Assembly: GCA_028534125.1 (NCBI GenBank) | Contig: CM052816.1 | Coordinates: 84,880,001 to 84,944,000 of the forward strand | Source: Lama glama | Lineage: Eukaryota | Direction of reading: 5' to 3' | Length of the DNA stretch: 64,000 bases | Shown here: in pieces, positions 1 to 13,197 of the stretch | How positions within the stretch are numbered: the first letter of the stretch is position 1 | Layout: the number at the start of each line of letters is the position of its first letter | Program-made: the position numbers and the translations under genes | The notes under the pieces: generated by a model | Database searches by the model: none | The model's input: the letters and a program-made list of their open reading frames with translations, nothing else | Told to the model about the DNA's origin: nothing

Positions 1-1920
1 ACCAGAATTTCTGTGTATAAAAATATATGAGTTGGAATTTTATTATTGTCACAATATTCAGAAATGTATTAATTTATCATGTTATAGCACCAAGCATTCT
101 GTGCTATTTCAGGTATTGTGTTGGCATATTCACAACTATTATAACAAATTTAAATATTAATCACCTAAAAGAAATTCATACTTTTCTAAAGAAATAATTC
201 ATCTTAAATCATTTTTTGTTCAATTAATGCAAATAGTGTAATCTACTCATTTGAGTGAACTTTTGCATATATTTCTGCAGTTATAAAACTGTGCTATATG
301 TATATATGATTTCTATATTATAGCAAAGATTGCATGAAATGAAACAATTGCTAATACAACTGCTCAATATTTGAGAAAAAGGGAAGTATGTCAGTCTAAG
401 TTTTAAAGACCAAACTTGGATTCATTTGAAGAATAAATAATTCTAGTATCAAATGAATTCCTAACAAACACAATTTATAAAAGACTAGATTTTTAAAAAG
501 AGGAATATAGGTTAGTTATGTCTTTGAGACATTATATATTGGAATCTTTTAATAATTTTCTCCTTGGATAGTATGTCAACAAATAATCTCTCAGGCACTT
601 CAGGTATTAGACCCTTCAGTTAAATCTGGAAGAAATTACTCTCCTTAGCGATGTTTTATCTATAGTGTTATGACAGTAATAAAAGCATGAGTGTATAAGA
701 TAAATTTTCCAAAATCACAAAAGAGCAACAGCCTCTGTTTCAGTGTAATGTCTTGAGGAAACATAACAACAAAAGTACTTGATAGTCAATTACACATTTT
801 CCTTTCAAAATCTATTTACATGAAAATTAATTATTTATAGGTAAATTACCTCCTCTACTTGTGATTTCCTACAGGAGTTACAGATTTCTTTCTGATGTTC
901 TGAAAAAAGAAATTAAACTATTCACTAATTAAATTAACCCCATTGTAAAGTTTTCTTTGGTAACAAACATTTATTTATAATGACACCTCGCCCTAGTCTA
1001 TGGGGAAAATGGGTAGCAGTGATGCTGGATAAACCGCACATATAATATGCATACAGGATCTCTTTGTCAGTGATATTGCTGTTTATGTAAAATATATATA
1101 TTTTGATGTGTACTTTATAGATGCATCGTACTTTACATTACTTTTTGGAGTGTTTATGTACATGGAAACAACATCAATATTCTTAGTTCTAATTACATAA
1201 ATGTAGAGAAAAATGATGTGATTCAGGTTACCTGAGGCTTATGTATTCCTCTCCTTTTATAAGACTCAATTTTAAGAGATTTTACATAATATTCCATCCA
1301 TCTTTTCAATTTTATTTTTATAATTTTATGATGGCTGAAAAAACAATTTTCTTTCAGGGATATATATAATTTTAAGGCCGTAAGTTGAATATTGCCCATA
1401 ATATCTCAATGTTAATAAGTCAATATCAGACCCAGTTAAATTTACATCTAAACACATTATGCAATTCATATGTGAAATTGATCCAAAATCTTACATTTAT
1501 AAAACCAAACTACTTAGCATAATACTTTAGCTCCCTCTTTTGGTTAGCCCAGATTGCAATATGAAAATATGAGGAAATGCCCTAACATGCTATCATTTCT
1601 ACTGGCAGTTTATAATATTTGAGACAATACTTATTCCATTATTACTGCCTAAATTAATCACTCACATCAGTTTTCTAATAAAAAGAAGTCAAATCTACAC
1701 CTGGACTTTTTTTACTAGTTGAGTGATAAGTTATTGAAACACTTCATTTTATAGTTAAAGATGTATTTTGACACGATATTACTACATATTATTTAAAATA
1801 AATTAGTATTTACTTAATTTTATGAGGATTTAAAAATATGATTTCTCCAAATAAAATACAAGCTTATATATCACCTATATCTATTTCTTAATCTCTATCA
1901 ATATGTGTATCTCCAAATCT

Positions 1921-2420
1921 NNNNNNNNNNNNNNNNNNNNNNNNNNNNNNNNNNNNNNNNNNNNNNNNNNNNNNNNNNNNNNNNNNNNNNNNNNNNNNNN
2001 NNNNNNNNNNNNNNNNNNNNNNNNNNNNNNNNNNNNNNNNNNNNNNNNNNNNNNNNNNNNNNNNNNNNNNNNNNNNNNNNNNNNNNNNNNNNNNNNNNNN
2101 NNNNNNNNNNNNNNNNNNNNNNNNNNNNNNNNNNNNNNNNNNNNNNNNNNNNNNNNNNNNNNNNNNNNNNNNNNNNNNNNNNNNNNNNNNNNNNNNNNNN
2201 NNNNNNNNNNNNNNNNNNNNNNNNNNNNNNNNNNNNNNNNNNNNNNNNNNNNNNNNNNNNNNNNNNNNNNNNNNNNNNNNNNNNNNNNNNNNNNNNNNNN
2301 NNNNNNNNNNNNNNNNNNNNNNNNNNNNNNNNNNNNNNNNNNNNNNNNNNNNNNNNNNNNNNNNNNNNNNNNNNNNNNNNNNNNNNNNNNNNNNNNNNNN
2401 NNNNNNNNNNNNNNNNNNNN
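1921..2420. other. Assembly gap (500 N)
   Basis: Run of N. The right edge is a poly-A tract. Confidence 1.
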
Positions 2421-5419
2421 AAAAAAAAAAATAATAATGACAGAACTTCTGGCACTGAAACTCCAAGCGATCTGAATGCAACTTCAAAAACTTTCAGGGT
2501 TTAATATAAGGGAATAAAAATAATGCCTTTTCTCTCTGTGGATTAAAAAACAATGTTCTTTGTAACTCTCTGCTTCCTTAATTTTCTCTCAGTTTCACCA
2601 AAATTTCATAAATAAAAAGTTACCATATCCGAAGTTTTAGACTCTTAAAAGCATTTTTAATGATTGGTTGAAGAAAACAGAATTTTATTTCATGATTAAT
2701 TTCCATGTTGTATTTAAGATACTGTTAGATTTAAAACTACTACTCAGGAGAAAATTAATTGGCCAGTCATGCTAAACTTCCTTCCAAAATGGATAGAGCC
2801 AAATCTTCAGATTTTTAAATGCAACCATTGAAAAACTCTGAGTTCAAATAGCTAAACTTAAATAAGCATTCATATCTTATAAAATGAATACCATATAGGT
2901 TTTGAGTATATTGGCCAAATGATTTTCCTTTCTGAAATGCTGGCAGACTCTAACATATACAATGATTAAACTTTTGTATATAAATCCTGTAATTGTTTGT
3001 GTTCACATAATGACATTTTGTGAGAAGTACTGTATTTTTCCTTTGAACAACAATCTTTCTCATCTTCATCCCACTCCTCAACCTAGTACAATTTCAACAC
3101 TGGGTTGTGGAAGTGACTTGTAAATGTATGGCCAAAACCCATACTTGATATTCCATCAGTGCTCTGGAAAATCCAAGATGAAGTTTATTAATGCCACTTA
3201 TATACCAGTACTGTCTGTTAAAGATTACCTGAGATGCTACAGTATCTATTTCTGAGGATGGTTGCAATTCAGGAAAATAATAAACTGCTCAAAACCAGTA
3301 AAATAGGGAGAAATGTTAGAGGATTGATTATCTCACCAATAAAAAATTATATAAAATGTCAGTGCACATTGCGATTGTCTTTATTTAGTCCCTCTGTCTA
3401 TTTACCTACTTCAGTTCTGATGCTGATGCTGTTGATGATGTCTCATTAGATTAGGATGACAAAATCATGAACTAAAAATAATTGTTCACTAAGTTATTAT
3501 CAGGAGATAATGACATACTGAGTGTTCTGAGTTGCAGTGTTGACATGGGCGACCCTCATATGCTTAATAAGCAGAATTAGACAAGACAGCTGTGTCAAGT
3601 GTTTGGCAGGGCATATGATTATATTATTATGTAATACAAACATGAATTAAACAAGTTTTGGGAGTCACTATTAATGTCTAAGAAACCAGAGCATCTATTT
3701 TAGAATTTATATATATTAATAGGTACCTTCTTAAGAGGCAAATACTTGAGGAATTTTCTTGGCTTTAATTAATATACTACATTTCGTATTACATATCTCT
3801 GATGCTTAATGATGCTATTTAAGCAGCAAGCATATGCTCCTTTGGCAAAGATATAGAGAAAAAATGAAAAATAAATGGGTCTTATGTGGTAGACTTATGA
3901 ATGAGTTTCCCATGGAGGAAAATACACAGAAAGAAGTGTAAGGAACCTCAATAAGGCCTGAATTTAGAAGGCTAACTCTGATGCATTTTTACTTCTTAGT
4001 TTTCCCCTTATAGCAAAGAAAAGATGTCCTAATGAAGTTTAATAGTGAGTGCATGATATTTTAAAATAAAAATAGTAAATACTCTCTCTCTCTGGAATTC
4101 AGTGGGTTAATAGAGATAAATCAACCCTTTATTAACCTTGTTAGTTGTGCAGTATTTCTAACTAAATCTTAAACATTTTAACATTACAGTGCCTTAAAAA
4201 TGAGATTCACTTATGTGCAATATGTGTAAAGTGAAAGATAATATATTCAAATTGTTGACATTGTCTCCTATAGTTAGGTATTCCATTACATCCCACCTTT
4301 AATGCACAGACTGAGTACACTGAGTCAGTTGAACTCTTGGTCCATTGTTCCTCCTCCAGATCAGACCATAATTCTATACTAACCTCTGGGTACATGATGA
4401 GGATAATTAATTTTATTATAAAACACTTTTGACTCACAGGTTTTTATATACTGAAAAAGCCTTAGGAAGATTAGGGAAGCTAAGAGTAGCAGATGAGGAT
4501 AAAAATAAAAATAAATTGATGAAACAAGAGAAGGTCCTTGTATGACCCAACAATAATTATAGCCCAGGCTCTGGGCGTATAATTAATTCAACCATTCAAC
4601 CCTCTGCACATGAGTTTGGGCTGTGGGTTGGGAACTGAGCCTATTCCTTAACAAATTTCCTTATAAATTCATATGTGTGTATACGCATGCACACTCACAC
4701 CCCAGTAAGTCATATCAGTGTCAAGTTCCTATGCTGTTCTTTGACATATTGTTTTAATTGGATCCCTTAATTTGTTCAGTAAAAACGATCACAGAATTAC
4801 TTTAATAAAGAAACTAATCTATGATAACTATCTGTCATTAATTCTCAAAACTCCTACTGCTTTATTTGGATTGCAGCATAGTAGTTATATTATGGATGCT
4901 AAAGCCAGATTCCCTAGGTATAAATGTCGACTATTCTTGAAAAAACCCAATGCCCAAAGGTCACCAAGAATACAGGGTTAGTTAAAGTGAGTGTATAAAC
5001 TTTCTGCAACAAGGCCTACTGCCCATCATGGGAAAACAGAAGGTATTTTGGTCAGAGGGAGTTAGGATAGATCTAGTATAGAGCTGGGGCACTTGGGAAG
5101 TGCTTATAAAAGCAGAGAAAAGCACAGATTGGCACTTGATTGGATAATATCAAGGAATCGGGGCAATTCTGTACATGTATATTAATTTCTATATGGGAAG
5201 CTGGAAGAACAGTTTGAAGTTGTCTTTGATAAACTAAGAGAGGGAGATATGTGGTCATTTTGGGGGTACCTGGTGCCCATGCCTTGTGTACTCACAGCGG
5301 TGAGTGAGCCCATCTGATGATGCTGTTCCGTTAAACTGTTTGTGCTCAGCAGGGGAAAGCATAGCCGAGCTCTCCGCTGCCAGGCCAGACACCAGCTGTC
5401 AACACTCAGAGCTGATTTT

Positions 5420-6000
5420 TATTTCCTCCCTCACCACCTAATGAATTCTTATCTTGGGCAATTTATTTAAACACTCTAAATGTTCATCGTGTGTGTGTGT
5501 AAAACGGGAATAATAGCACCTTCATGAGATGGATTTTGAGACTGTTATGTGATTTAAGATAAAAGCATCAGTCCTAAAAGACTCAGGTGTTCAGGGAGCT
5601 TAAAACAGACAAACGAAAAGTTTGATTTTCTCTTCCTTTATGTATTCATTACAGGTTGGCTGGTGGGGGCGTCAGGGAGCTGTTTGTTTTCTTCATTTTG
5701 GGCCCCAGGTGGGAAGTCTTGCTACTTGGTATGGCAAAGAGAAAAAGTAGCAGGATCATGTAGCAGTTCATAAACCTTCTTCCCAGAAAGAACGTGATCA
5801 CATCCACTCAAACTTCACTGGCTAAATAGCCACAGGGGCACTTCAAGGTGTCAGTGAAGCATAATCCCAGTGGGCTCGCGGAGGACACATGGGCTGTGTG
5901 CGGACAGACAGATGATTGCCCAAACTGCGAGGCACTTTGAGCAGTGCCGGCTTCATGAACTGTGCTTAATAAATGCTAGATATAATAGTAATAAATGCCT
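5420..6000 (+). mobile_element. MIR SINE interrupted by a MaLR (MLT1-type) LTR in the opposite orientation (~5545-5925)
   Basis: MIR core cttgggcaatttatttaaacactct...tgtaaaacgggaataatagcaccttcatgagatgg, with the MIR tail (gcactttgagcagtgccggc...gtgcttaataaatgctag) resuming after an insert that has MLT1-like motifs (gcttaaaacagac, cactggctaaatagccacagg). Confidence 0.6.
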
Positions 6001-6929
6001 TACGTTATTATTATCATCTCCATTTTCCTTCCCTCCATGATACTTACTAATAATGATTTGTCTATCATATGTGAGTTTGTTTTCAGATGAACTTTCTATA
6101 TGAAATAAACACTGGATTTTTTAATATCATGTCTGTTACTGAAATATTAAGTAATTTTTTGAAATTGCAGTGTGTCTGAATAGGTCATTTACAAAAAGGT
6201 AACCATGCTAATATATCCTTACACTAGACGATCTGCAGAGTTTAGTTAGAGAGTATTTGAAATTTAAGACTTAAGGATAGTTCATGATCCTTGCTTTTTT
6301 CATTTTTTTGGTCTGTTTAGTTTTTATTTGGTAAAATTAAATAATCTGTACATCCATTATGAAGTTGCCAAATGGTACACTAGACTCACATTATGCTGTG
6401 ACTGCGAACACTAATTGAAAACATTACCATAGTGATTGCTATAGTAACATTTAAATTACCATCAGTGCCAAGAAATCTTTAATATTGATCTGATAGAGTT
6501 TATTTCTCAGCACATTTCAAGAATATAAGTGGAATTTTGCTGGTATTTTTACTCATATAGGCTAAAATAAAGAGCATGCATATATATGTTTTAAGAATAA
6601 TTCAATTTTTAATAAAAATGCTTAGGTGTATATGGTCATGCTCTGTATGATTTTATATTTTAATGATATCAAAGTACCTCATGTGGTTTTCTATCGTATT
6701 TTTTACATTATATGTTCAGTTTGAATTCTTAAATATGTAATTCAATACACTAAATATTAAATATTTTAAGTTTACTGAGTTTATTTAGTCCCTCAAAATA
6801 TATTTCTAATCTTCCCCTCTGCCCTGTGCAAGATGATTTAATATACAGACAAAAAAAAATGCCTATTCTGGTTTCGAATGATAGTCTGAATAAGAGGGAG
6901 TCATACGTAATTTAAACATAGCTGACCTT

Positions 6930-7120
6930 GAGCATTTTTCTAAGCCTTTTATGAGAATTAGCATCAAGTCTATGATGATGATGATGATGATGATAATGAT
7001 AAGCTTTACAAATTAACAAACTGAGTCAGAGAGAGAGGTTAGTGTCTTTCCAAAAGTTAAATAACTAGTAGTTATCACAGCTTTCTGAAACAATTCCAGA
7101 ACTGTGGTCTTAAAAATGTT
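6930..7120 (-). mobile_element. MIR fragment containing a (TGA)n microsatellite (~6972-7000)
   Basis: tttacaaattaacaaactgagtcagagagagaggttagtgtctttccaaaagttaaataactagtag resembles the reverse MIR core. Confidence 0.55.
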
Positions 7121-7235
7121 GCATGTTTACTTTCTGCCCTAAATATTATGTACTTGAGAAAGAATCTCTTACTTTTACCACATAAAGTCAAGAAAATATT
7201 ATAAATTCATAATAAATATTAATATTTAATTAGCT

Positions 7236-7667
7236 GTGTGTTAGTTTTCTAGGTCTTTTGTAACAAAGTACAATAACCAGGTGGCTTAAAACAGCTTAAA
7301 TTTATTATCTTAAAGTTATGGAGGCTAATTGTCTAAAATCACAGTGTTGGCAGTTCTGTAGTTTCTCCATAGACTCTGTTAGAGGATGCTTCCTTATCTC
7401 TTTCAGGTTCTGGTAGCTTGGTCTGTGTCAGCATAACTTCAGTCTTTTACCTCCACCTTCACATGGCCATCTTCACTCTACATCGGTCTCTTCTCCTCTT
7501 CTTATAATCCAGCCGTACTGAATTAGGGCCTATGCTAATTCAGGATGACTTCATCTTAACTTGATTGCATCGTCACAGATCCTGTTTCCAAGTAAATTCA
7601 CACTCATAGGTGCCAGGGGTGAGGAGTTCAATAGGTCTGTTTGGTGGACACAATTCAGCACATAACA
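7236..7667 (-). mobile_element. MaLR solo LTR (MLT1B/C/D-like)
   Basis: TG...CA termini. tgtgttagttttctagg...gtaacaaagtac...ggtggcttaaaacag...aaatttattatct and ...ggacacaattcagcacataaca are typical of reverse-strand MLT1. Confidence 0.85.
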
Positions 7668-7699
7668 AGTACTCTTACATGTTAGTGAAGCAACCATCC

Positions 7700-9805
7700 A
7701 AACTGTTGACTGAAGTTTTCTGGATTTCTTTCTTCCAAACACATCATATAACTGTCCTTCTCAACCTCTGAATTTAGACACAACCATGGGATTTACTTTG
7801 TCTGCTGAAATATGAGTGCAAATAAACATGTCTCTTCTGTGTGGACAGCCTGAGATGCTCCATTGTTCTCGCCTTCTTCCCTCGGTAATTCTGGGAGCAT
7901 GGAGATGGCACTTCCCTTGCCTTGGGTTCCTTGGGAGGATAAGGTTTATCACAGCCTCCCAGGAAAACCACAGTGGTCATATATCCTGAGCAAGAATAAA
8001 CATTTGTTTCCAAAGCCACTGAGATTTTGAGATTTTCTGTTACCACAGAACAATGTGATTGGGTGCATAAATACCTGCTAGAAATGATATGCTGTCCTAA
8101 CAACAAAACAACAACAACAAGAACAACAACAACAAACAAGCACCCATAAAATTGTAGCACTGACTTAAGGCCTGGCCATCCGGCAGTAAAGAAAGCCTTA
8201 TGAGAGTCTCAAAAGATGGAAATCTGTTTCATACAGGGGTGTACTATTTGGTAAAACTATCACTTGTAACAACTTGGAAGGCTGATTCTGGGCCCGATGA
8301 GCTTGTAGCCCTAAAGGAAAATGTAAAAACACAGGGTATTAATTAGTAGTGTGTACTTGTCACTATGGCTTTATCGTCGAAGTGCTATAAAAAGGAGCCA
8401 AATTCAGTGAGCTATTGACAGTTTGCTGGCAGAAATGTAAGGAGATGGAGATGGTCTGAATGGGATACTAACAGGGTGAGAAGAGGTAAATTTTATGATG
8501 CTCTTTCATAGAAGAGGAACAATAGTTTTGTATGAAAATGGCTGATCAAACCAAATCAAGCAAATCAAGAGAATGGCCTTCACACTTATTTTAAACTTCT
8601 GAATTGATTATATCCCCTAGGTTCAGGACCCAGTTAAGCGTTGGGTTCCCAATAAGTCTTTTTACTTGGACAAAATGTCTCACGTTAATGACACTAAAGT
8701 TGTGGTTTGTTCAGGGAAGCCCAGTAAGACCAAGGAATCTAAAATCAAGTAGACATAGCAAGACTTATAGAGCAGTGGTAAGAAAATGAATAAATATGAA
8801 AAATCAAAGAGGCATATTTAAACAGAAAATATTTCTATAGACTGTCTCTTGACACATGAAACTGACTGGAGCCAAAGAGAAAAAGATAATTTAGTTTTTA
8901 AGAGTTGTCCTGCCAAAAAAACCACCAGCCCAGACCAAGAAAGTTTGGGTTTCATTGTTAAAATGATTCTCGGGCCATCAACTTCCACGGCCAGTAAGCA
9001 GACTAAGAATTGTTTTTCAGCTCTCAAGGAGTGGTACTGCCTTCTTCAGCTGTGGTCAGTGAGATCAACGAATATGAAAGAATTCCAGAAGGTGAAGGGC
9101 CACAAAGTAAAGTAGACAAGGGAATCCCTCTCAGGAACCAGAATTGAAGAATGAGGTCTAATGATGGCCCAATTCTCCACTGCCAGGATGGTAGGTTAGG
9201 CACACATGATTTCAAAACTGCCATTGCTTTCAGAAGAAAAGCATTTATTGTGCTTATTCTGCCCTGTGTCACCACTCTTTATTGCATGTGTGGGGAGCAG
9301 ATACACTATTTTAGTTTATTCGTCTCTGGTTATGAGAAGCAGTGCCTGGACTTGAATTTGAACTTGGTAAGTTTGGATGGGAGTTGTATTTTACGTACAT
9401 TCTTCTCCAGGAGGATGAATCAGCCTCATATTTGGTAACTAGGAATTTAGGCATCATAATCATCCTTGTTATTTACCAAACAGTTCTGAGTGTTTTGTAG
9501 GAAGGTACTTGACAGAGTAACCTGATTTGGTCAATGAAAAGTGAGTGCAATTGATGTGTCAATTCTAGGTGGAGATTTAAAAAAAATGAATGCCAAAGTT
9601 ATTTTCTCCTGCTCTGGCAAATGTGGAAGCAGAGACTGAAGCAGCCTCAGCCTGAAATTCTGATAAACATGAAGTGGAACAACCTTCTAGTGGAACAACC
9701 ACTAGCTGAACTATGATAAACATGCAGTGTGCATGGGACATACACATTATTGTTGTAATACACTGTTATCATTGCATTAACCAGCCCATCTAAGCTCGTA
9801 TAATC
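7700..9805 (+). mobile_element. Degenerate MaLR provirus: LTR (~7700-8075), MLT1-internal (~8080-9420), LTR (~9430-9805); MLT1H/I/J-like
   Basis: The 5' LTR ends gagcaagaataaacatttgtttccaaagccactgagattttgag...tgttaccacag. The internal part carries tttggtaaaactatcacttgtaacaacttggaaggc...gatgagcttgtagcc. A second LTR-like copy carries tttggtcaatgaaaagtgagtg...tgtgtcaattctaggtggag. Confidence 0.7.
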
Positions 9806-10010
9806 AGGCACTATTCCATCTAGTTTGTGTGTATCAACTAACTTAACTCAAAACACTAAAAAAAATAATAATAATACAACATTCATATCAAGGCAACAGG
9901 GGAACCAATGCTTTAATAACTTGTTCAAGGTCACCTAGCTAGGAGTGGCAGAGCTGTGATTTGAAATCAGGCATCTGGGCTCCTGAGGTCATGACCTCAA
10001 ACAGTGACCT
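9805..10010 (-). mobile_element. MIR SINE
   Basis: taataacttgttcaaggtcacctagctaggagtggcagagctgtgatttgaaatcaggcatctg. Confidence 0.8.
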
Positions 10011-10269
10011 GTAATAGTCTTGAGTTTTAAAATGTGAACAATTTTCTAGGCTGACTCCACAGAAAAAAAATGAAATAATGACAGATATTAGAACATTTGT
10101 AAATGTATTTGTCACTAAGAAAGACTGTAGCATCTTCTAGGAATTAAAAGCTAAACTATTTGACTTTTTGACTATTTAGGAAGCATTTGAATAATCCAGG
10201 TAAAAGACAATCTACATTTACTCATAAAAGCATTACAATATATTAATCACACAGTGAAGGTTATAGTTT

Positions 10270-10820
10270 CAATCCAATGTCAATTTCCAACCCCCATATT
10301 GTTGATCACTTGGTTTGATGTCACTACCTCCTCCTTGATACACTTTCCTCTCTGGGCTACAGGAACACCCTCACTCCCTCAGTTGCTCTGTCCTCTTCTC
10401 TACTCTCCCCCTCAGTTACTTCTCTCACATACACACAACTGAAATAAACCAGACACTCTATTGCTGTAGTACCCTTAATCCAGTTTATACTCTGCCTGAA
10501 AGAACACCCTCACATATCTAATTGGATAGCTCCCTTTTCTTCAAATATTTACCCAAATAATGCTTTATCAATGAGACCAACCTGGAATTTCACTTCCCTT
10601 TCCCTGCCCAGCACCTATATTCACACCCCACTATACTGCATTAATTTTTTAATAGCTCTAAATACCTTCTACCTACTATATGTTTTTCATATTTGTTGTG
10701 TTTATTGGATAGTGTTTGTTTCTTTCTGTATGATTTGTTTGTATCCCAAGCACCTATAGTGTGCTGTATGTCTGCAATAGTAGGCATCATACAAATATTT
10801 GAAGAATAGCTGGGTGGCTC
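10270..10820 (+). mobile_element. L2 LINE fragments ending in the L2 3' terminus
   Basis: cactacctcctccttgatacactttcctctctgggctac and gtatcccaagcacctatagtgtgctg...tagtaggcatcatacaaatatttgaagaat. Confidence 0.7.
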
Positions 10821-10854
10821 ACTTTCTAACAGACTAGATGCTCATTCAGATCAT

Positions 10855-11298
10855 ATTACAATCTTAGGTGGTTCCCCTGAGTTGGTCTGAGACTTGGGTT
10901 TGAGTACAGGTGATTGACTGAAAATGTGCTGCTCTGGAGAAAACTGTAAGACGGGAATGAAGCAGGAGAGAGGAGGAGAAAAACCACAGCACCCAACCCA
11001 CATGGTCCCAAGTTTGAGCCTAGCCTTGACCTAATCTACAAAGAGAAGGCTCTGAGCATAAAGTGGAATAGAGAGGTGACCCACCTTGAGGCAAGGAGTC
11101 TGGCTATTTATACTTTAGTGTCACTGATTGGGTGGGGAGTGGAGGAACTTTCCTAGCTTGGTGGTTCTCATCAATCCAGAAAAATTCTCAGAAGGGAGCA
11201 GCTATAGGCAGCTAGCAGACAAACTTCACAGCAGCTGGCTGGCAAGTAGATTGGCTTCATAAATGGGATCCACATGAAGCACAGCAGCATCTACTACA
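10855..11298 (-). mobile_element. ERVL-type solo LTR (LTR16/LTR33-like)
   Basis: atcttaggtggttcccctgag...ctgagacttgggtttgagtacaggtgatt...gaagcaggagagagg...cccaccttgaggcaagg...gcagcatctactaca. Confidence 0.7.
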
Positions 11299-12814
11299 GA
11301 ATCCAGATTAACACTTACAGTAAACTATGGATGTGCTTATGCCTGTAAAATGGTTAATATAATAGTCTAAAATGACCCTTTCAAATCTCATTTATAGTTT
11401 CCTAGGCAAATGCCTACTGTTTAGTGAACGTTCATAAAATACAATTATATAATGACCTAATCAATAGGTTCAGTTTGAAGGAAAGGAAGACTGTATGTAA
11501 TTGAATTTTATGGACCTACTAGATTTCACATTCTTTTTATACACATGATTTTATTTAATCATTTTATCTCTTGAGAAGGTAAGCTTATGATTCCTATTCT
11601 AGATATAATTAAAATAAAACCTAGTTAATAAATTCATCTAAGCTCATTAAGAGAGTAATAAATTCAGAGTAGTAATCCATATCCTCCTCCACATTTACTG
11701 TTCATTCTACTTTTCTGCCTACATTTATAATGTCAATGTAAAATTACATATTTTTCAAAAGTTTACATCCCTTTTACTTTGAAACATGGAGTCTAAATTT
11801 AAACTAAAAAAAATTACATCAATATTTGTACTAATCCCTAATTGAAGTTTAACATATTCCAAAATTATGTTTATAGGTATCAATCTACAGAAGTATTAGA
11901 GATATCTGTGACTTAATCATTAGTAGAAATAAAATATCATAATAAATACCTCATCTGTTCATTTTTTTCTTCACAGTTTTGGTACTGATCAGATCTGCTA
12001 CTAGGTCTTATTATTTATTGCATTAATTAAGAAGCATATGTATTATTTTATCACAATCAGTTTTGGAAAATAGTTTGAAAGCTTATTTTAATAAAACGTG
12101 ATTTCCTTTTTAATGCTACACATCTTGTAATTTAATTCATGTCTTAAAGACATTTCTGTCATCAGACTGACAAGAAGGTTATGAAACAAAAGTTAAAATT
12201 ACTGTTTAAAATCCATAATACTCTCCTGATTTTTGCTTAAAACATTAACTTGTCATCTGTATCTGTACTGTGGTGATTATTGTAAGTGCTTGCATATTTG
12301 TTTTGTAATTTGCTTGCCCATAGCTACTTAATTTCCCTTCCTTTCCTTAGTACTGCTAAGCACATCCTACCACAACCAACCTGTTCCCATTCTCCCCTGC
12401 TCCATCCTGGAACATGAGCTGGGCAACAGTTTGGTCTGAACTATTGCTTTCTAGAGCTAACTCAAGAAAGAAGCTCTGTCAAATCAAGTACAGTTTTAAA
12501 TATGGACAATTTTTAGCACTATGTGTTCTTTGTGAAGTGTGAAATACTTAGTGTAGGCTGATGCATGTGAGACACTCATTAACTTGCATCTGACAGAGTC
12601 TGATGTTCATTTTTGACACTGGAAGCTGACATGAAATCACGGGTAAAAAATTCATTTACACCATTTTATTCCACTGATTAAAAATTTGAAATATAAATTT
12701 AAGATTTTCTTTCATTTTCCTGGTAGATTAAATATTATTCAATCAACGACTTCCAATGTCAGTAACTTATTCTGGGATGTGTTATAAATAAACTCCATCT
12801 TGTTATATATGTAG

Positions 12815-12925
12815 ACTATATTCCTAGAATATAAATTCCTCAAGGAATAAGCTATTCTGTTCACCTAGACAAATGCCTGGACAAAGAGTAGGCATGTCAT
12901 ATATATTTGGTGAAATAATTATAAC
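12815..12925 (+). mobile_element. L2 3' end fragment
   Basis: ctagaatataaattcctcaagga...cctagacaaatgcctggacaaagagtaggc...atatttggtgaa. Confidence 0.6.
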
Positions 12926-13151
12926 ATGGATTTTTGATGATGTGATGATATGACCTTATATTACATATTAAGTTGCATGATTTACTTACCCTTTTCCTAC
13001 TCTTAGACATTTAGTTCATTTTTAACTTTTCCCCAATGTTTCTGTCAGGATATTTCTGAGAAACAGTTGACATACTCAATGATGAGGAAGGGTTTAATAG
13101 AGAGTGTGGGCGGGGTTAAAGAAACTAACTAGGGATGGTGTAGTGTTTTAG

Positions 13152-13197
13152 GTGTGTGTGTGTGCGCGCACGTGCATGTGTGTGCATGCGTGTGTGC
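13152..13197. repeat. Alternating purine-pyrimidine tract (TG/CG/CA)
   Basis: gtgtgtgtgtgtgcgcgcacgtgcatgtgtgtgcatgcgtgtgtgc. Confidence 0.9.

Noticed and set aside
1888..2504. ORFs of 185-199 aa spanning the first gap (and 47552-48163 spanning the second)
   Set aside because: Artefacts of translating N runs.
7551..9438. Cluster of overlapping 60-128 aa ORFs
   Set aside because: They lie within MaLR LTR/internal sequence with no recognisable domain. The VVVVLVVVV stretch is a translated (CAA)n repeat.
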